A stretch of 64,000 nt of DNA from Promethearchaeota archaeon (GTDB lineage: Archaea > Asgardarchaeota > Lokiarchaeia > Sigyniarchaeales > SOKP01), in the NCBI GenBank assembly GCA_019058245.1, contig JAHPZJ010000024.1:1-64000 (forward strand). Reading direction: 5' to 3'. The notes below the pieces were generated by a model, which saw nothing but the letters and a program-made list of their open reading frames with translations, was not told the origin of the DNA and did not search any database. The translations under genes and the position numbers were made by a program. Below are positions 19,957 through 30,030 of the stretch, one piece after another. The first letter of the stretch is position 1. Each line of letters begins with the position of its first letter.

Positions 19957-20334
19957 ATATACTCTGAAAAAGTAATGGATCACTTTAGAAATCCCAGAAA
20001 TATGGGTGAAATGAAAGATGCTGATGCGGTAGGTGAATATGGTAATCCTACATGTGGTGATTTAATGTATATATACATAAAAGTAAAAGAGATAAATGGA
20101 CAAAAAATAATTGATGATATATCTTTTCAGACATTTGGGTGTGCTGCAGCCATTGCCTCATCATCAATGATTACTGAGATAGCCAAAGGAAAAACGTTAG
20201 ATGATGCTATTAAAATTACTCGAGATGATGTTGCTGATGCATTAGATGGTCTTCCCCCTATTAAATTGCATTGTTCAAATCTTGCTGCAGATGCTTTACA
20301 CGTTGCTATAAAAAAATATAGGGAAAATGAATAA
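19957..20334 (+). CDS. iscU: Fe-S scaffold IscU/NifU
   Basis: GNPTCGD, TFGCAAAIASSS, LPPIKLHCS. The conserved YSEKV lies upstream of the ORF-track ATG (19975), implying an ATA start at 19957. Confidence 0.93.
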   Translation: MYSEKVMDHFRNPRNMGEMKDADAVGEYGNPTCGDLMYIYIKVKEINGQKIIDDISFQTFGCAAAIASSSMITEIAKGKTLDDAIKITRDDVADALDGLPPIKLHCSNLAADALHVAIKKYRENE

Positions 20335-20369
20335 TTTTTTTTTAACTGATAATTCATTAAAATTGTTTT

Positions 20370-21137
20370 CTAAATCTCAACTGAATTGCTTCCATCAATC
20401 ACTTTTACATTTGAAATGTAAGATATTTTCTGAACTTCTGATAATAAACCCGCTTTTGAGTCCAATTCATTTGAAAGTTCACTTTTCTTATTGAAAGACA
20501 ACATTTTTGATTTTTTTTTAAAAGTAACTATGAAACTAATGTGATTTGTCTCCTCATCTATTGAATCAATTCCAAGGATCGTAAAATATTTCAAATACCT
20601 TCTAAAAATTGGACTTAAAGTTTGCGCGTAATCTTTAGAAACAGGAAAATCAAGTTCTAGAATGTCTTGTGCTAAGCTTTTTTGCCCAAATTTAGTATAT
20701 GTCATGAAATACATTAAGCTACAACCCACAGTAGTGAGCATTATTCCTACTAAATAAAATCGAGTACCACAAGCCATTCCTACAGCCATAACAAAAAAGA
20801 TAAAGCCAACATCTCTAGTTTCTTTTAGAGCATTTCTAAATCTAACAATGGAAAGGGCTCCTACTAATGTAAAAGCTCGAGCAATATCTGTTCCTATAAT
20901 TATCATAATCATCCCTACAATCATCCCCAATAGAATTAAAGTCTGAGTAAAATTTTGTGAATAGGATATGCTTCGATGTGTTCCTCGATAGGTAATTCCA
21001 ATGAGGATTGATAAAACAATACTCCAAAAGAAAACAATAATTACATCGGATACTTCTATTGGTGAAATATTAGTACCTAAAGTGAAAAATGAATCTTCGA
21101 TAAATTTTATGAAAAAGTCATCTAACCACATATGCAT
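20370..21137 (-). CDS. DUF4956 membrane protein
   Basis: YSQNFTQTL, AFTLVGALSIVRFR, GMACG; downstream of a VTC-domain gene. Confidence 0.88.
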   Translation of the reverse strand: MHMWLDDFFIKFIEDSFFTLGTNISPIEVSDVIIVFFWSIVLSILIGITYRGTHRSISYSQNFTQTLILLGMIVGMIMIIIGTDIARAFTLVGALSIVRFRNALKETRDVGFIFFVMAVGMACGTRFYLVGIMLTTVGCSLMYFMTYTKFGQKSLAQDILELDFPVSKDYAQTLSPIFRRYLKYFTILGIDSIDEETNHISFIVTFKKKSKMLSFNKKSELSNELDSKAGLLSEVQKISYISNVKVIDGSNSVEI

Positions 21138-21221
21138 GAATAATTTTCTTCATAAAATAAATTTTACATAAAAGAAAAAAATCTAATTAACATAAACAAA
21201 TGATAAAAAAGAATAGTATTA

Positions 21222-21974
21222 TTAGACTAAAGCAAAGTTTTTGTTTTTTTTTATTCCAGTTGCGAATTTCGAGATTTTGTATTGTATGCAATCGTTTTTT
21301 TGAATAATTTTTATGGCCCAATTTGGAATGAAATTATTAAATTTAACTTCCATTATACAAATCCTTTGTGGAACAATAAATTTCGAACCACCACCTATCT
21401 TAAGGTTAAGATTATGATTCCGCACCTTTACATTTGTATCAAATGTAATCCTAAAAGTTTTTTCAAACCTTGATAGGTAAGGTCGCCTTTTATAGGAAAC
21501 AATACATACTGGTTTTAAATTGTATTTCTTATAAAGAAACCAGATTTCTTTCAAAGTTCCCTTATCTTGTGTCGATGCGTTTTCATAGAAACTTTTAGCT
21601 ACTTTATGATTACTATTTAAAATATTTAAGGAATTTTCAAGAGGTACATAAATCCTCCTCTTTGCAACATTCTCATTAAATTTTTTCTTGATTTCAATAA
21701 AAGCAAAATCTTGATTATCTCTAGTAAAATTCGGGTAAAATCTTATCCTTAATTTTTTCCGAATACCAATTCCATTTTCTTTCTCGAGAAATGAGTGTTT
21801 GAAATTAGAATCAAAATATAAGCTCCTTACCTCATAATCATAACTATTTTGAACATAAGGATCCAATCTTATAAATGGTTGAATATACCTAAGTAAATTA
21901 TCTCTTTCCTTTAATGAGATTTGATATTTTATCTCAAATCGGTTGAAATACTTCTGATATTTCTGATAGTTTAT
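21222..21974 (-). CDS. VTC-domain polyphosphate polymerase-like (CYTH) protein
   Basis: RFEIKY upstream of the ORF-track start 21866 in the same frame, VRSLYFD, RKKLRIR, EIKKK, RITFD, MEVKF, SKF. Start inferred at ATA 21974. Confidence 0.85.
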   Translation of the reverse strand: MNYQKYQKYFNRFEIKYQISLKERDNLLRYIQPFIRLDPYVQNSYDYEVRSLYFDSNFKHSFLEKENGIGIRKKLRIRFYPNFTRDNQDFAFIEIKKKFNENVAKRRIYVPLENSLNILNSNHKVAKSFYENASTQDKGTLKEIWFLYKKYNLKPVCIVSYKRRPYLSRFEKTFRITFDTNVKVRNHNLNLKIGGGSKFIVPQRICIMEVKFNNFIPNWAIKIIQKNDCIQYKISKFATGIKKNKNFALV

Positions 21975-22006
21975 GACTTTTTACACCATTTTTTTTTTAA
22001 TATTTT

Positions 22007-24661
22007 TTATAGTAATTGTGACCTAACAAATTCTGCTCGGGTTTCTATAAAGTTTAGAACTCGGGTCTTATCAAAATAAAATGCTATATAGGGGATTTGA
22101 TTTGGATACTCTATAGAAGAATTTGGATCTGTAAAATGATATGGTGTGATAACTGTTGACTGAATAAGATCAAACCATTCTTCAAGTTGTATAATTAATG
22201 ATTCCGTATTATTTACAATTTTCTCATGTTCATTTAGATATTCTTCTACAAAATCTGTATCATTAATTAAATTATCCCAAAGAGGCCTTGCAACAGGATC
22301 AATTCCAAATTTTAAACTAGCCTCATCATACCATCCTTTATATCCTGAAAGTAAGGGAGCATTCCGATAATCAGGAGCTCCAAACGGGATTACTGATTGA
22401 TTACTACCACTATTGAAGCTATGTTCAATATCCCATGGTAAAAGCACAAAACCAAAATTAGGATCAGAATACAACCAAAAGTTATGAGGGATAAAAATAT
22501 AATCATCCCAATTACCTATAAATACACTTGCGGCAAAATATTTTGCGAGTAGGGTTATATTTGCAACTTCATGAATATTGCTCCAGTTATAATTAATATA
22601 TCGTATAAATTTTTCCAAATCAGAATAATCATCAAGATCTTGGTTAGTCCTCAGTTCATAAACTCTATGTCCATCTATAGTTAAATACTCTTTTAAGTTT
22701 GAGATGTATTCAAGAGTAGCTACACCAGCATTAACCTTATAGAGGTTTGCTTCTGGATTTTTAAAATTACAGCGAAGAAATGTTTTATCAATGTCTTCTG
22801 TAAGTAAATATAATCCTTTGTATTCCTTTTGCTTAATAATCTTTCCGTCTTCATTTGTTTCAGTAATATAAAGTTTGGCCCAAGTTATTCTAGGACAAGG
22901 AATTCCAAGAATTTTAAAAACTTCATAACCCGCAACTTCATTCATTAATGAGAAATCTAATGGAGCTGCTCTTAAATTTAAACGTCTTAATCCAAGAAAT
23001 CGTCGATTTTCATTTTCAGGGACATATTTATATAATCCATCTCCTATATACAATTCTGTTTCACTAAATTTTAATTTAAAAGAGTCTTTAGGAAATCTCC
23101 TATTAAAATTACCACGGATTCGAAATCCTGTATTATCCATTGAATAATTATCAATTGAAACATCAGAAGGCATATATAATTGGTCTGACCATTTATTATT
23201 ATCATGTTTTCGCTCCATCATATCATAAAAGTAATCACTCTGAATTACAATGCTAACTTCATGAATTTTTTGGGTTGAAAATAGTGATGATGATTTGTAA
23301 TAATATCTTCTTGCAGTAGGACTAGAGAATCCAAATATTGCGTCATCCTCTTGATAAGGGGAAATAAAATTATTATAGAAAACGTTTTTTTGCGCAATTA
23401 TTATATTATTAAGTAAATCACATCGAGTTCTTATCCAATTTTCAATGGTTTCGACCAGTCTATCAAAGAAATCTTCATTTTTCGTGTTTCGTATAAGTGT
23501 ATTTTTAATAGGAATATAAAGTTCATTAAAATATGACACTAAGCTATTAGTATTCCAAAAATTAGTACTAATATAAGTCCATCTATTAATAATCTCTGTT
23601 ATAAACTCATTATTTTTAGAAGAATTTTCAGGAAAAAGCAACCGATAATATAATTTACTCCATACAACAGAATCGATAACATTTTCATCTTTATTTAACC
23701 ACAGTTCAATCGGAATCGTGCCAAATTCACTATACCCCCAACTTTGAGCAAAATTCCAAGGTAGAAAAAAGAAACCTGATTCAGATTCTTGGTTTAAAAC
23801 TAAATAATATGAAGAACCCTCAATAATTTCATGTCCTACAAGTAAACCAAATAAAAGATTATCTATTAACGAATTCTTATCCAAGATGGTAAAAATACCC
23901 TTTTCTTCATCGAAAAACTCTATTTCTGAAGTATTATAAATGAATTCTGTGAGATTTTTGAGTACATTAGAGCAATCTATTATATTTGGGTATAATTGTT
24001 CCCATAGTGAATCTATACTATTTGGATAAGTGTAAAAATCTCCATCCCAATTAGTGGACTGAAAAATCATATCATTTTCTTCAGGATTTTGAATATTTTC
24101 TTGTTCTAAATTCATCATTTTTCGATCAATTCTTTCAGAAAGCAAATATAAACCTTGATAATCACCATTTACATATACATCTACTAATTTAGAATATGGG
24201 AGTCTATAATTTGAATTGTCATCTATAACCATATTATAAACATCAAACGCCATCTTTGTTCTAACAGCATCAAAGTTTTTTGCAGGTGGTAAAAGAATCC
24301 AATCATCATCATTACGAATTTCAAAGAGATTTTCATTTTGAGATAACTCAAAAGAAAAACCACCATCAGAATTTCGTTTTCTAAGATTAGCAGATAGAAA
24401 ATGATTTGCCCAAGGGGCTGCTACAAATTCACTTGATATAGGAGAAAATTTCAAAAAACATTGTTGAGAGGAATTGGTTATTTCACCTGCTATTTCAATA
24501 TTAATTATTGGTACTTCTGGAGAATAACTTATTGAGCCTATGCTATCTTGATATATAAAATAGGAAAGTGATGAAATTGTAATAACTGAAATAAGAATTA
24601 GAGGAATTAATTCTTGTTTAATTCTCGAAGGTCGTAATTTTTCAAACGAATCTGATATCAT
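22007..24661 (-). CDS. Membrane-anchored tandem CotH kinase-domain protein
   Basis: N-terminal TM; domain 1 DDWIL, YQGLYLLSERID, LPWNF; domain 2 IRGN, YKGLYLLTEDID, NWDDY..HNFWLY, LPWDIEHSF. Confidence 0.85.
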   Translation of the reverse strand: MISDSFEKLRPSRIKQELIPLILISVITISSLSYFIYQDSIGSISYSPEVPIINIEIAGEITNSSQQCFLKFSPISSEFVAAPWANHFLSANLRKRNSDGGFSFELSQNENLFEIRNDDDWILLPPAKNFDAVRTKMAFDVYNMVIDDNSNYRLPYSKLVDVYVNGDYQGLYLLSERIDRKMMNLEQENIQNPEENDMIFQSTNWDGDFYTYPNSIDSLWEQLYPNIIDCSNVLKNLTEFIYNTSEIEFFDEEKGIFTILDKNSLIDNLLFGLLVGHEIIEGSSYYLVLNQESESGFFFLPWNFAQSWGYSEFGTIPIELWLNKDENVIDSVVWSKLYYRLLFPENSSKNNEFITEIINRWTYISTNFWNTNSLVSYFNELYIPIKNTLIRNTKNEDFFDRLVETIENWIRTRCDLLNNIIIAQKNVFYNNFISPYQEDDAIFGFSSPTARRYYYKSSSLFSTQKIHEVSIVIQSDYFYDMMERKHDNNKWSDQLYMPSDVSIDNYSMDNTGFRIRGNFNRRFPKDSFKLKFSETELYIGDGLYKYVPENENRRFLGLRRLNLRAAPLDFSLMNEVAGYEVFKILGIPCPRITWAKLYITETNEDGKIIKQKEYKGLYLLTEDIDKTFLRCNFKNPEANLYKVNAGVATLEYISNLKEYLTIDGHRVYELRTNQDLDDYSDLEKFIRYINYNWSNIHEVANITLLAKYFAASVFIGNWDDYIFIPHNFWLYSDPNFGFVLLPWDIEHSFNSGSNQSVIPFGAPDYRNAPLLSGYKGWYDEASLKFGIDPVARPLWDNLINDTDFVEEYLNEHEKIVNNTESLIIQLEEWFDLIQSTVITPYHFTDPNSSIEYPNQIPYIAFYFDKTRVLNFIETRAEFVRSQLL

Positions 24662-24907
24662 AATCGCCTTAATATTATTATATTACTAAAATAAAAAAAA
24701 TTGTGTAATTTGTATAGGGCACCATATTTTCTTGTTTTTATAGCCTACATGTGAATAGACTCTATGATGCTATAGCTTTATTTCGGGAAAAGAAGATTAA
24801 GTACGGATAATTACTTTTTATTTTTACAATAATAAAATCTAAGGTATTTATGTAAAAAACATTTATTTTAAATATACATATTTTTATGTCTACTTTCAAA
24901 TATCATC

Positions 24908-25756
24908 ATGAATTTTACTAAACCAATTCTTGAGATAATTCGAGAGCGAACTTCTAGTAGGACATATTCTGGAGTTTCACTTGATGAAAATATAAAGGAA
25001 AAAATAAAAGAATTATTGGAAAGTCTTGAATTAAAAAGTCCCTTTAACAGCCAAGAAGGAAATATTAGATTTGAGCTTATTAATGTTCCAGAATTTAATC
25101 CCAACGAAAAAAAGAAGCTAGGAACATATGGAATAATTAAAGGAGCCCAAAATTTTATAGTTGGAGCGGTAAAGAAATTTCAGTTTAATCGTGAACATTT
25201 TGGGTTTCTGATGGAAAAAATTATCTTACATGCCACTGATATGGGATTAGGTACTTGTTGGTTAGGTGGAACCTTTAATAGAAGTCTATTTTCAACGAAA
25301 ATTCATAAAAAAGAAGATGAAATTGTTCCCGCAATTACTCCTATTGGTTTTTCAGTCAAAAGGACAATTAAAGAGAAGGTGATTCGAAGATTTATAAAAG
25401 CAAACAACAGATTATTGTGGAACCAATTATTTTTCAAACATGATTTTAACACTCCGGTTCATCCTGAAGAAATACCAGATTATAAAGAACTACTTGAAAT
25501 GGTTAGAATCGGACCATCTGCAGGAAATAAGCAACCTTGGAGAATTATCAGGGATACTGAAAGAAAGAATTTTAATTTTTATATAGTTAAGGAAACAGGA
25601 TCATATAACCAATTTCCTCCTCTCGACATTGGAATAGCAGTTTGTCACTTTGATTTAACAGCAATGGATTTAGGTATCAATGGAAACTGGATTTTTAGCG
25701 AACCTCAAATACCAAGAACTGAGAATTATAAGTATATTATTTCTTGGTCTATATAA
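24908..25756 (+). CDS. Nitroreductase family protein
   Basis: RTSSRTY, GLGTCWLGG, PSAGNKQPW, DIGIAVCHF. Confidence 0.9.
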   Translation: MNFTKPILEIIRERTSSRTYSGVSLDENIKEKIKELLESLELKSPFNSQEGNIRFELINVPEFNPNEKKKLGTYGIIKGAQNFIVGAVKKFQFNREHFGFLMEKIILHATDMGLGTCWLGGTFNRSLFSTKIHKKEDEIVPAITPIGFSVKRTIKEKVIRRFIKANNRLLWNQLFFKHDFNTPVHPEEIPDYKELLEMVRIGPSAGNKQPWRIIRDTERKNFNFYIVKETGSYNQFPPLDIGIAVCHFDLTAMDLGINGNWIFSEPQIPRTENYKYIISWSI

Positions 25757-25785
25757 ATTAATGTAGAATACTTAAATTTCTTCTC

Positions 25786-26220
25786 TTATAGAGAAGTTTT
25801 ATAAGCTTTTGCGTAATGCTTACAGCAAAAATTTAGTTTCTTTCCATTAATCATTTCTGTATAGTAATCTTTATAAAGCCTCACGCCACAACTAGAGCAA
25901 ATCTCTAGTCTCGATTGAATAGCTACATCAATTAGATTATCAAATCTTGAAAAAATTCTATCTGTAAATTCGGAACCTAAGGAAGTTAATCTATAACCTT
26001 TTGACCGTTCATTCTTTTTTGTAGTTATTTCCTCAATATATCCTTTTTCTTTTAGTTTTTTTAAAAAATCATAAATATATGTTGGGCTTGAGGTTTTTCC
26101 TAAGTCAGAACCTAATCTTTTTAAAATATAATAACCCGTAACAGAATCTTTTGACCTAAGTAATACCAATGTATATAATTTAGTTAAATTTTGGACTTTT
26201 AGGTCAGTATTAATACCCAT
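25786..26220 (-). CDS. PadR-type wHTH regulator with C-terminal TRASH metal-binding domain
   Basis: TGYYIL...IYDFLKKLKEKGYI...YRLT; CSSCG...FCCKHY. Confidence 0.8.
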   Translation of the reverse strand: MGINTDLKVQNLTKLYTLVLLRSKDSVTGYYILKRLGSDLGKTSSPTYIYDFLKKLKEKGYIEEITTKKNERSKGYRLTSLGSEFTDRIFSRFDNLIDVAIQSRLEICSSCGVRLYKDYYTEMINGKKLNFCCKHYAKAYKTSL

Positions 26221-26342
26221 TAATATCTCACATAGAAATATATTATAATATTATAAATAAAAATCATAATATTTAAATATATATCTTTTTGTATATATAC
26301 TCAAAAGTAATATATTTTAGTTTATAATATAAAAGTGATTTT

Positions 26343-26657
26343 ATGTTGTTGGATGGATATGATCATCAAATGATGGATTGGCAGTTTTGGGGCGCTTTTA
26401 CTTGGTTATTTATAATAGGTGGAATAATTATTCTATTCATATTGATAACAATAATACTTTTCTATACTTTAAATAGAGGAAAACATCAAATTTCCAAAGA
26501 TCTTCAATCAAGAGTTAAGATAAATCAAAATATGAAACTTAATAACAAAATTGATAGTATTAATCGTGACATGCTAAATTTCTGTCCAAATTGCGGAGAA
26601 AAAGTATATATTTCTGATATAAAATATTGTCCTAATTGTGGATGGGAATTGAAATGA
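26343..26657 (+). CDS. Single-TM protein with C-terminal double zinc ribbon
   Basis: Met/His-containing N-terminus, TM helix, FCPNCG...YCPNCG. Confidence 0.75.
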   Translation: MLLDGYDHQMMDWQFWGAFTWLFIIGGIIILFILITIILFYTLNRGKHQISKDLQSRVKINQNMKLNNKIDSINRDMLNFCPNCGEKVYISDIKYCPNCGWELK

Positions 26658-26842
26658 AAATATCGATAATTCATAGACTACTCTACATTTTTCAAAATCT
26701 CTAAAAAATAAATATTTTGTAAATCTCTCAAATATTTGGATAAAAGGAGACATAAATCATTTTCAAATTATAATCAAAACATATAACTAGTAAATTTAGT
26801 GTATTAGTATAATAATCATAGAAAAAAAATAGTTGATTAAGT

Positions 26843-29722
26843 ATGCAAACAGAAGAAATTCAGAAGATTAAAATAAAACTTGGAGGAATGACGTGTGCTT
26901 CTTGTGCACTTAAAATAGAAAATAAACTAGGAAGTCTTTTAGGTGTAAATAGTTCAATAGTGAATTTTGCTAATGAGGAGGCAAATGTAGAATATGATCC
27001 TAAGACTTTAAACTATTATGATTTTAATAAGGCTATTAGAGATTTAGGATATAAAGCGTCTTTATCAAAGATAGATTTAATTGTCAAAGATACGTTAAGT
27101 GAAAAAGATTTTGGCGATTTTGTTGAAAAAGTAAAAGATATTAAAGGAATTTATGAAGTACGAGGTAATTTTACTGCATCTAAAATTTTTATTGAATTTA
27201 ATGAAGCAGAAATCGGAGAAGCTAGAGTCTATTCTAATATAAAGAAGTTAGGTTATAATATAGAGAAATCTGCTGGTGTAATAGATAAGGATATAGAACA
27301 GCATAAAAAGGAAATGCGTTATCGTTTGATTATTTTAACGATTTCATTAATTTTTTCTGCTTTTATAGCTCCTATAAATTGGATTGTTCCCGCTTCTTTT
27401 ACACGTAACCTTATTTTAACGATTTTAGCTACTGGGAATTATGGTGTAGCAGGTTCATTCTTCTTAGGAGGAGCCTATAAATCATTAAGGAACAAATCTG
27501 CAAATATGGATGTTTTAATTGTTCTTGGAACAACCACAGCATATATATATTCATTCTTAACAACTTTTTTCATTTCTGGAGAAGTGTTTTATGAAGCTAT
27601 GAGTTTAATTTTTTCCTTTATTTTAATTGGAAAATATCTTGAACATAAAACAAAAGGACAAGCATCCGAAGCAATTAAAAAATTAATTGGGCTACAACCA
27701 AAAACGGCAACTTTATTAAAGGATGGTAAAGAAATAGAAATCCCAATTGAAGAAATTGAAAAAGGCGATATCTTAATTGTACGTCCTGGTGAAAAAATAC
27801 CAGTTGACGGAAAAGTGTTAAAAGGTAAATCAAAAGTTGATGAATCAATGATTACAGGTGAGAGTAAATATATTAAAAAAGAAGTGGAAGACGCAGTAAT
27901 CGGAGCAACTGTTAATCAAACGGGTTTACTTCAAATTATAACAGAGAAGGTAGGTAAAGAAACCATGTTATTCCAAATAATTGGATTTGTAAAGGAAGCT
28001 CAATCACGAAAAGGTTCAAAACAACGTTTAGCAGATAGAGTAAGTAATTATTTTGTTCCCATAGTTGTAATCATCGCTTCAATTGCTTTTGTTTATTGGT
28101 ATTTCATAGCAGGAAGTGGTATTGAAGTAGCTTTACTTGTCTTCACATCAGTAGTTGTAATCTCATGTCCTTGTGCACTTGGTTTAGCGATCCCAACAGC
28201 AATAATGGTGGGTACAGGAAAGGGTGCTGAAAATGGGTTATTGATTAAAGGAGGAGATTCTTTGGAAACAATCAATACTATAAATAGCATAGTTTTTGAT
28301 AAAACGGGGACTTTAACAATTGGGAAACCAAAAGTTTCTGGGATTTTTGCAGATAATAATCTGAAAGATTCTGGACTTTCTGAGAATGATCTATTATTTT
28401 ATGCTGCAAGTGCTGAAATGGGTTCTGAACACCCTCTTGGTCTAGCAATAATTGAAGAAGCAAATCAAAGGGGTTTATCTCTTGAAGCACCAAGTGAATT
28501 TGATGCTATCCCTGGTAAAGGTCTCATTGCTACTGTTAAAAACCAGAAGGTTATACTGGGAAGTCCTAAATTATTTGTTGAAAATAATATTAAAACAGAT
28601 GATTATATTGAGGAATTTAAAAAATATCAACTATTAGGAAGAACAACTATATTTGTAAGTGTTGATAACCAAGTAAAAGGAATAATTGGCATATCGGATA
28701 AAATTAAAGACCAAGCTCCATACGCTCTTGAACTCTTAAGAAGTATAGGATTAGAAATTTATATGCTCACAGGAGATAATAAACAAACAGCATTAATCAT
28801 AGGTGACGAGTTAAATATTGATGAAACGCATATTTTAGCAGAGGTTTTACCTAATGAGAAAGCTTTAACAATTAAGAAACTTCAAGAATCTTCAAAAGAT
28901 AGAATAGTAGGGATGGTTGGAGATGGAATCAATGATGCTCCAGCATTAGCACAAGCGGATGTTGGAATTGCTGTAGGATCCGGTACGGATGTTGCTATTG
29001 AAACTGCAGACATAGTGTTAATGAGAGGAGATCTAAGAAATGTTGTTTCTGCAATTAAATTGTCAAAGAAGACATATAAAAAAATGATTACAAATCTATT
29101 TTGGGCATTAATATACAACTTAATTGGCATACCTCTTGCTGCGGGATTGTTATATTATATTACAGGTTTCTTTTTGCCCCCTTATCTGGCAGCAATTTTT
29201 ATGGCTTCTAGTTCAGTTTCAGTTGTAACAAATGCTTTGTTTTTAAAAAGATATGAACCTAAAACACCTCAACAAATTGAAGAAGAAAAATTATTAATGA
29301 CTCAAGGAAAAGAAGTTGTAGATCCAGTATGTGGAATGAAACTTGACTCTAGAAAGGCAATTGAATATGAGTATAAAAACAAAATCTATTACTTTTGTAA
29401 TCCAAATTGCGAAGCACACTTTAAATTAGATCCTGAAAGATATAAAAATTATGATGCAATGGATCCAAAATTAATGCAAATTAAAAGTCCTGAAGTAAGT
29501 AAAAATAAAGAAAAATCAATAAAAATTAAACAAAAAAAAGAGGATGATAAAAAAATGGGAAAATTAAGATGTACAGAATGTGGATTAGAACAAGATCTTC
29601 CAATGCATTGTGGAAAACCAATGCATAAAGAAAATGATCAATTAGTATGTTGGATGGGTGCTTCATGTGGTGTTCAAGAAATCCCTAAACATCATGATAA
29701 ACCTATGGAAGTAATTGAATAA
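26843..29722 (+). CDS. copA: Copper-translocating P1B-type ATPase with HMA, YHS and C-terminal Cys/His domains
   Basis: [39 protein letters not shown]; DPVCGM...YFCNPNC YHS domain. Confidence 0.95.
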   Translation: MQTEEIQKIKIKLGGMTCASCALKIENKLGSLLGVNSSIVNFANEEANVEYDPKTLNYYDFNKAIRDLGYKASLSKIDLIVKDTLSEKDFGDFVEKVKDIKGIYEVRGNFTASKIFIEFNEAEIGEARVYSNIKKLGYNIEKSAGVIDKDIEQHKKEMRYRLIILTISLIFSAFIAPINWIVPASFTRNLILTILATGNYGVAGSFFLGGAYKSLRNKSANMDVLIVLGTTTAYIYSFLTTFFISGEVFYEAMSLIFSFILIGKYLEHKTKGQASEAIKKLIGLQPKTATLLKDGKEIEIPIEEIEKGDILIVRPGEKIPVDGKVLKGKSKVDESMITGESKYIKKEVEDAVIGATVNQTGLLQIITEKVGKETMLFQIIGFVKEAQSRKGSKQRLADRVSNYFVPIVVIIASIAFVYWYFIAGSGIEVALLVFTSVVVISCPCALGLAIPTAIMVGTGKGAENGLLIKGGDSLETINTINSIVFDKTGTLTIGKPKVSGIFADNNLKDSGLSENDLLFYAASAEMGSEHPLGLAIIEEANQRGLSLEAPSEFDAIPGKGLIATVKNQKVILGSPKLFVENNIKTDDYIEEFKKYQLLGRTTIFVSVDNQVKGIIGISDKIKDQAPYALELLRSIGLEIYMLTGDNKQTALIIGDELNIDETHILAEVLPNEKALTIKKLQESSKDRIVGMVGDGINDAPALAQADVGIAVGSGTDVAIETADIVLMRGDLRNVVSAIKLSKKTYKKMITNLFWALIYNLIGIPLAAGLLYYITGFFLPPYLAAIFMASSSVSVVTNALFLKRYEPKTPQQIEEEKLLMTQGKEVVDPVCGMKLDSRKAIEYEYKNKIYYFCNPNCEAHFKLDPERYKNYDAMDPKLMQIKSPEVSKNKEKSIKIKQKKEDDKKMGKLRCTECGLEQDLPMHCGKPMHKENDQLVCWMGASCGVQEIPKHHDKPMEVIE

Positions 29723-29748
29723 AATTATTAAAAAGGAGGATATAAAAA

Positions 29749-29919
29749 ATGACCTTATATAAGTGTGGAAAATGTGGAAAATCTATAGACACAATTCCTA
29801 AGCACTGTTCAGAAGATATGATATTTAATGAAGAAGAAAATCGATTTGAATGTTATATGGGACCAAATTGTGGCTATCTTCCATTAGATGATTTGAGATG
29901 TGAAGAATGTTGTAAATAG
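29749..29919 (+). CDS. Uncalled 56-aa Cys-rich metal-binding protein
   Basis: Strong AGGAGG SD; MTLYKCGKCGKSIDTIPKHCSEDMIFNEEENRFECYMGPNCGYLPLDDLRCEECCK; homologous to the CopA C-terminal tail. Confidence 0.85.
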   Translation: MTLYKCGKCGKSIDTIPKHCSEDMIFNEEENRFECYMGPNCGYLPLDDLRCEECCK

Positions 29920-29935
29920 TAATCAATCTTAACTA

Positions 29936-29950
29936 CCTTTTTTCTCTTTA
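29936..29950 (+). terminator. Oligo-T/pyrimidine tract after the copper operon
   Basis: CCTTTTTTCTCTTT directly downstream of the last + strand gene; typical archaeal terminator composition. Confidence 0.35.
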
Positions 29951-30030
29951 TATTTATGTATTTGAAAAAAAGGATTGTCTTTATAAATGTTCCAGATAAT
30001 ATCATATCTAACATATATAATCTTAGAATA

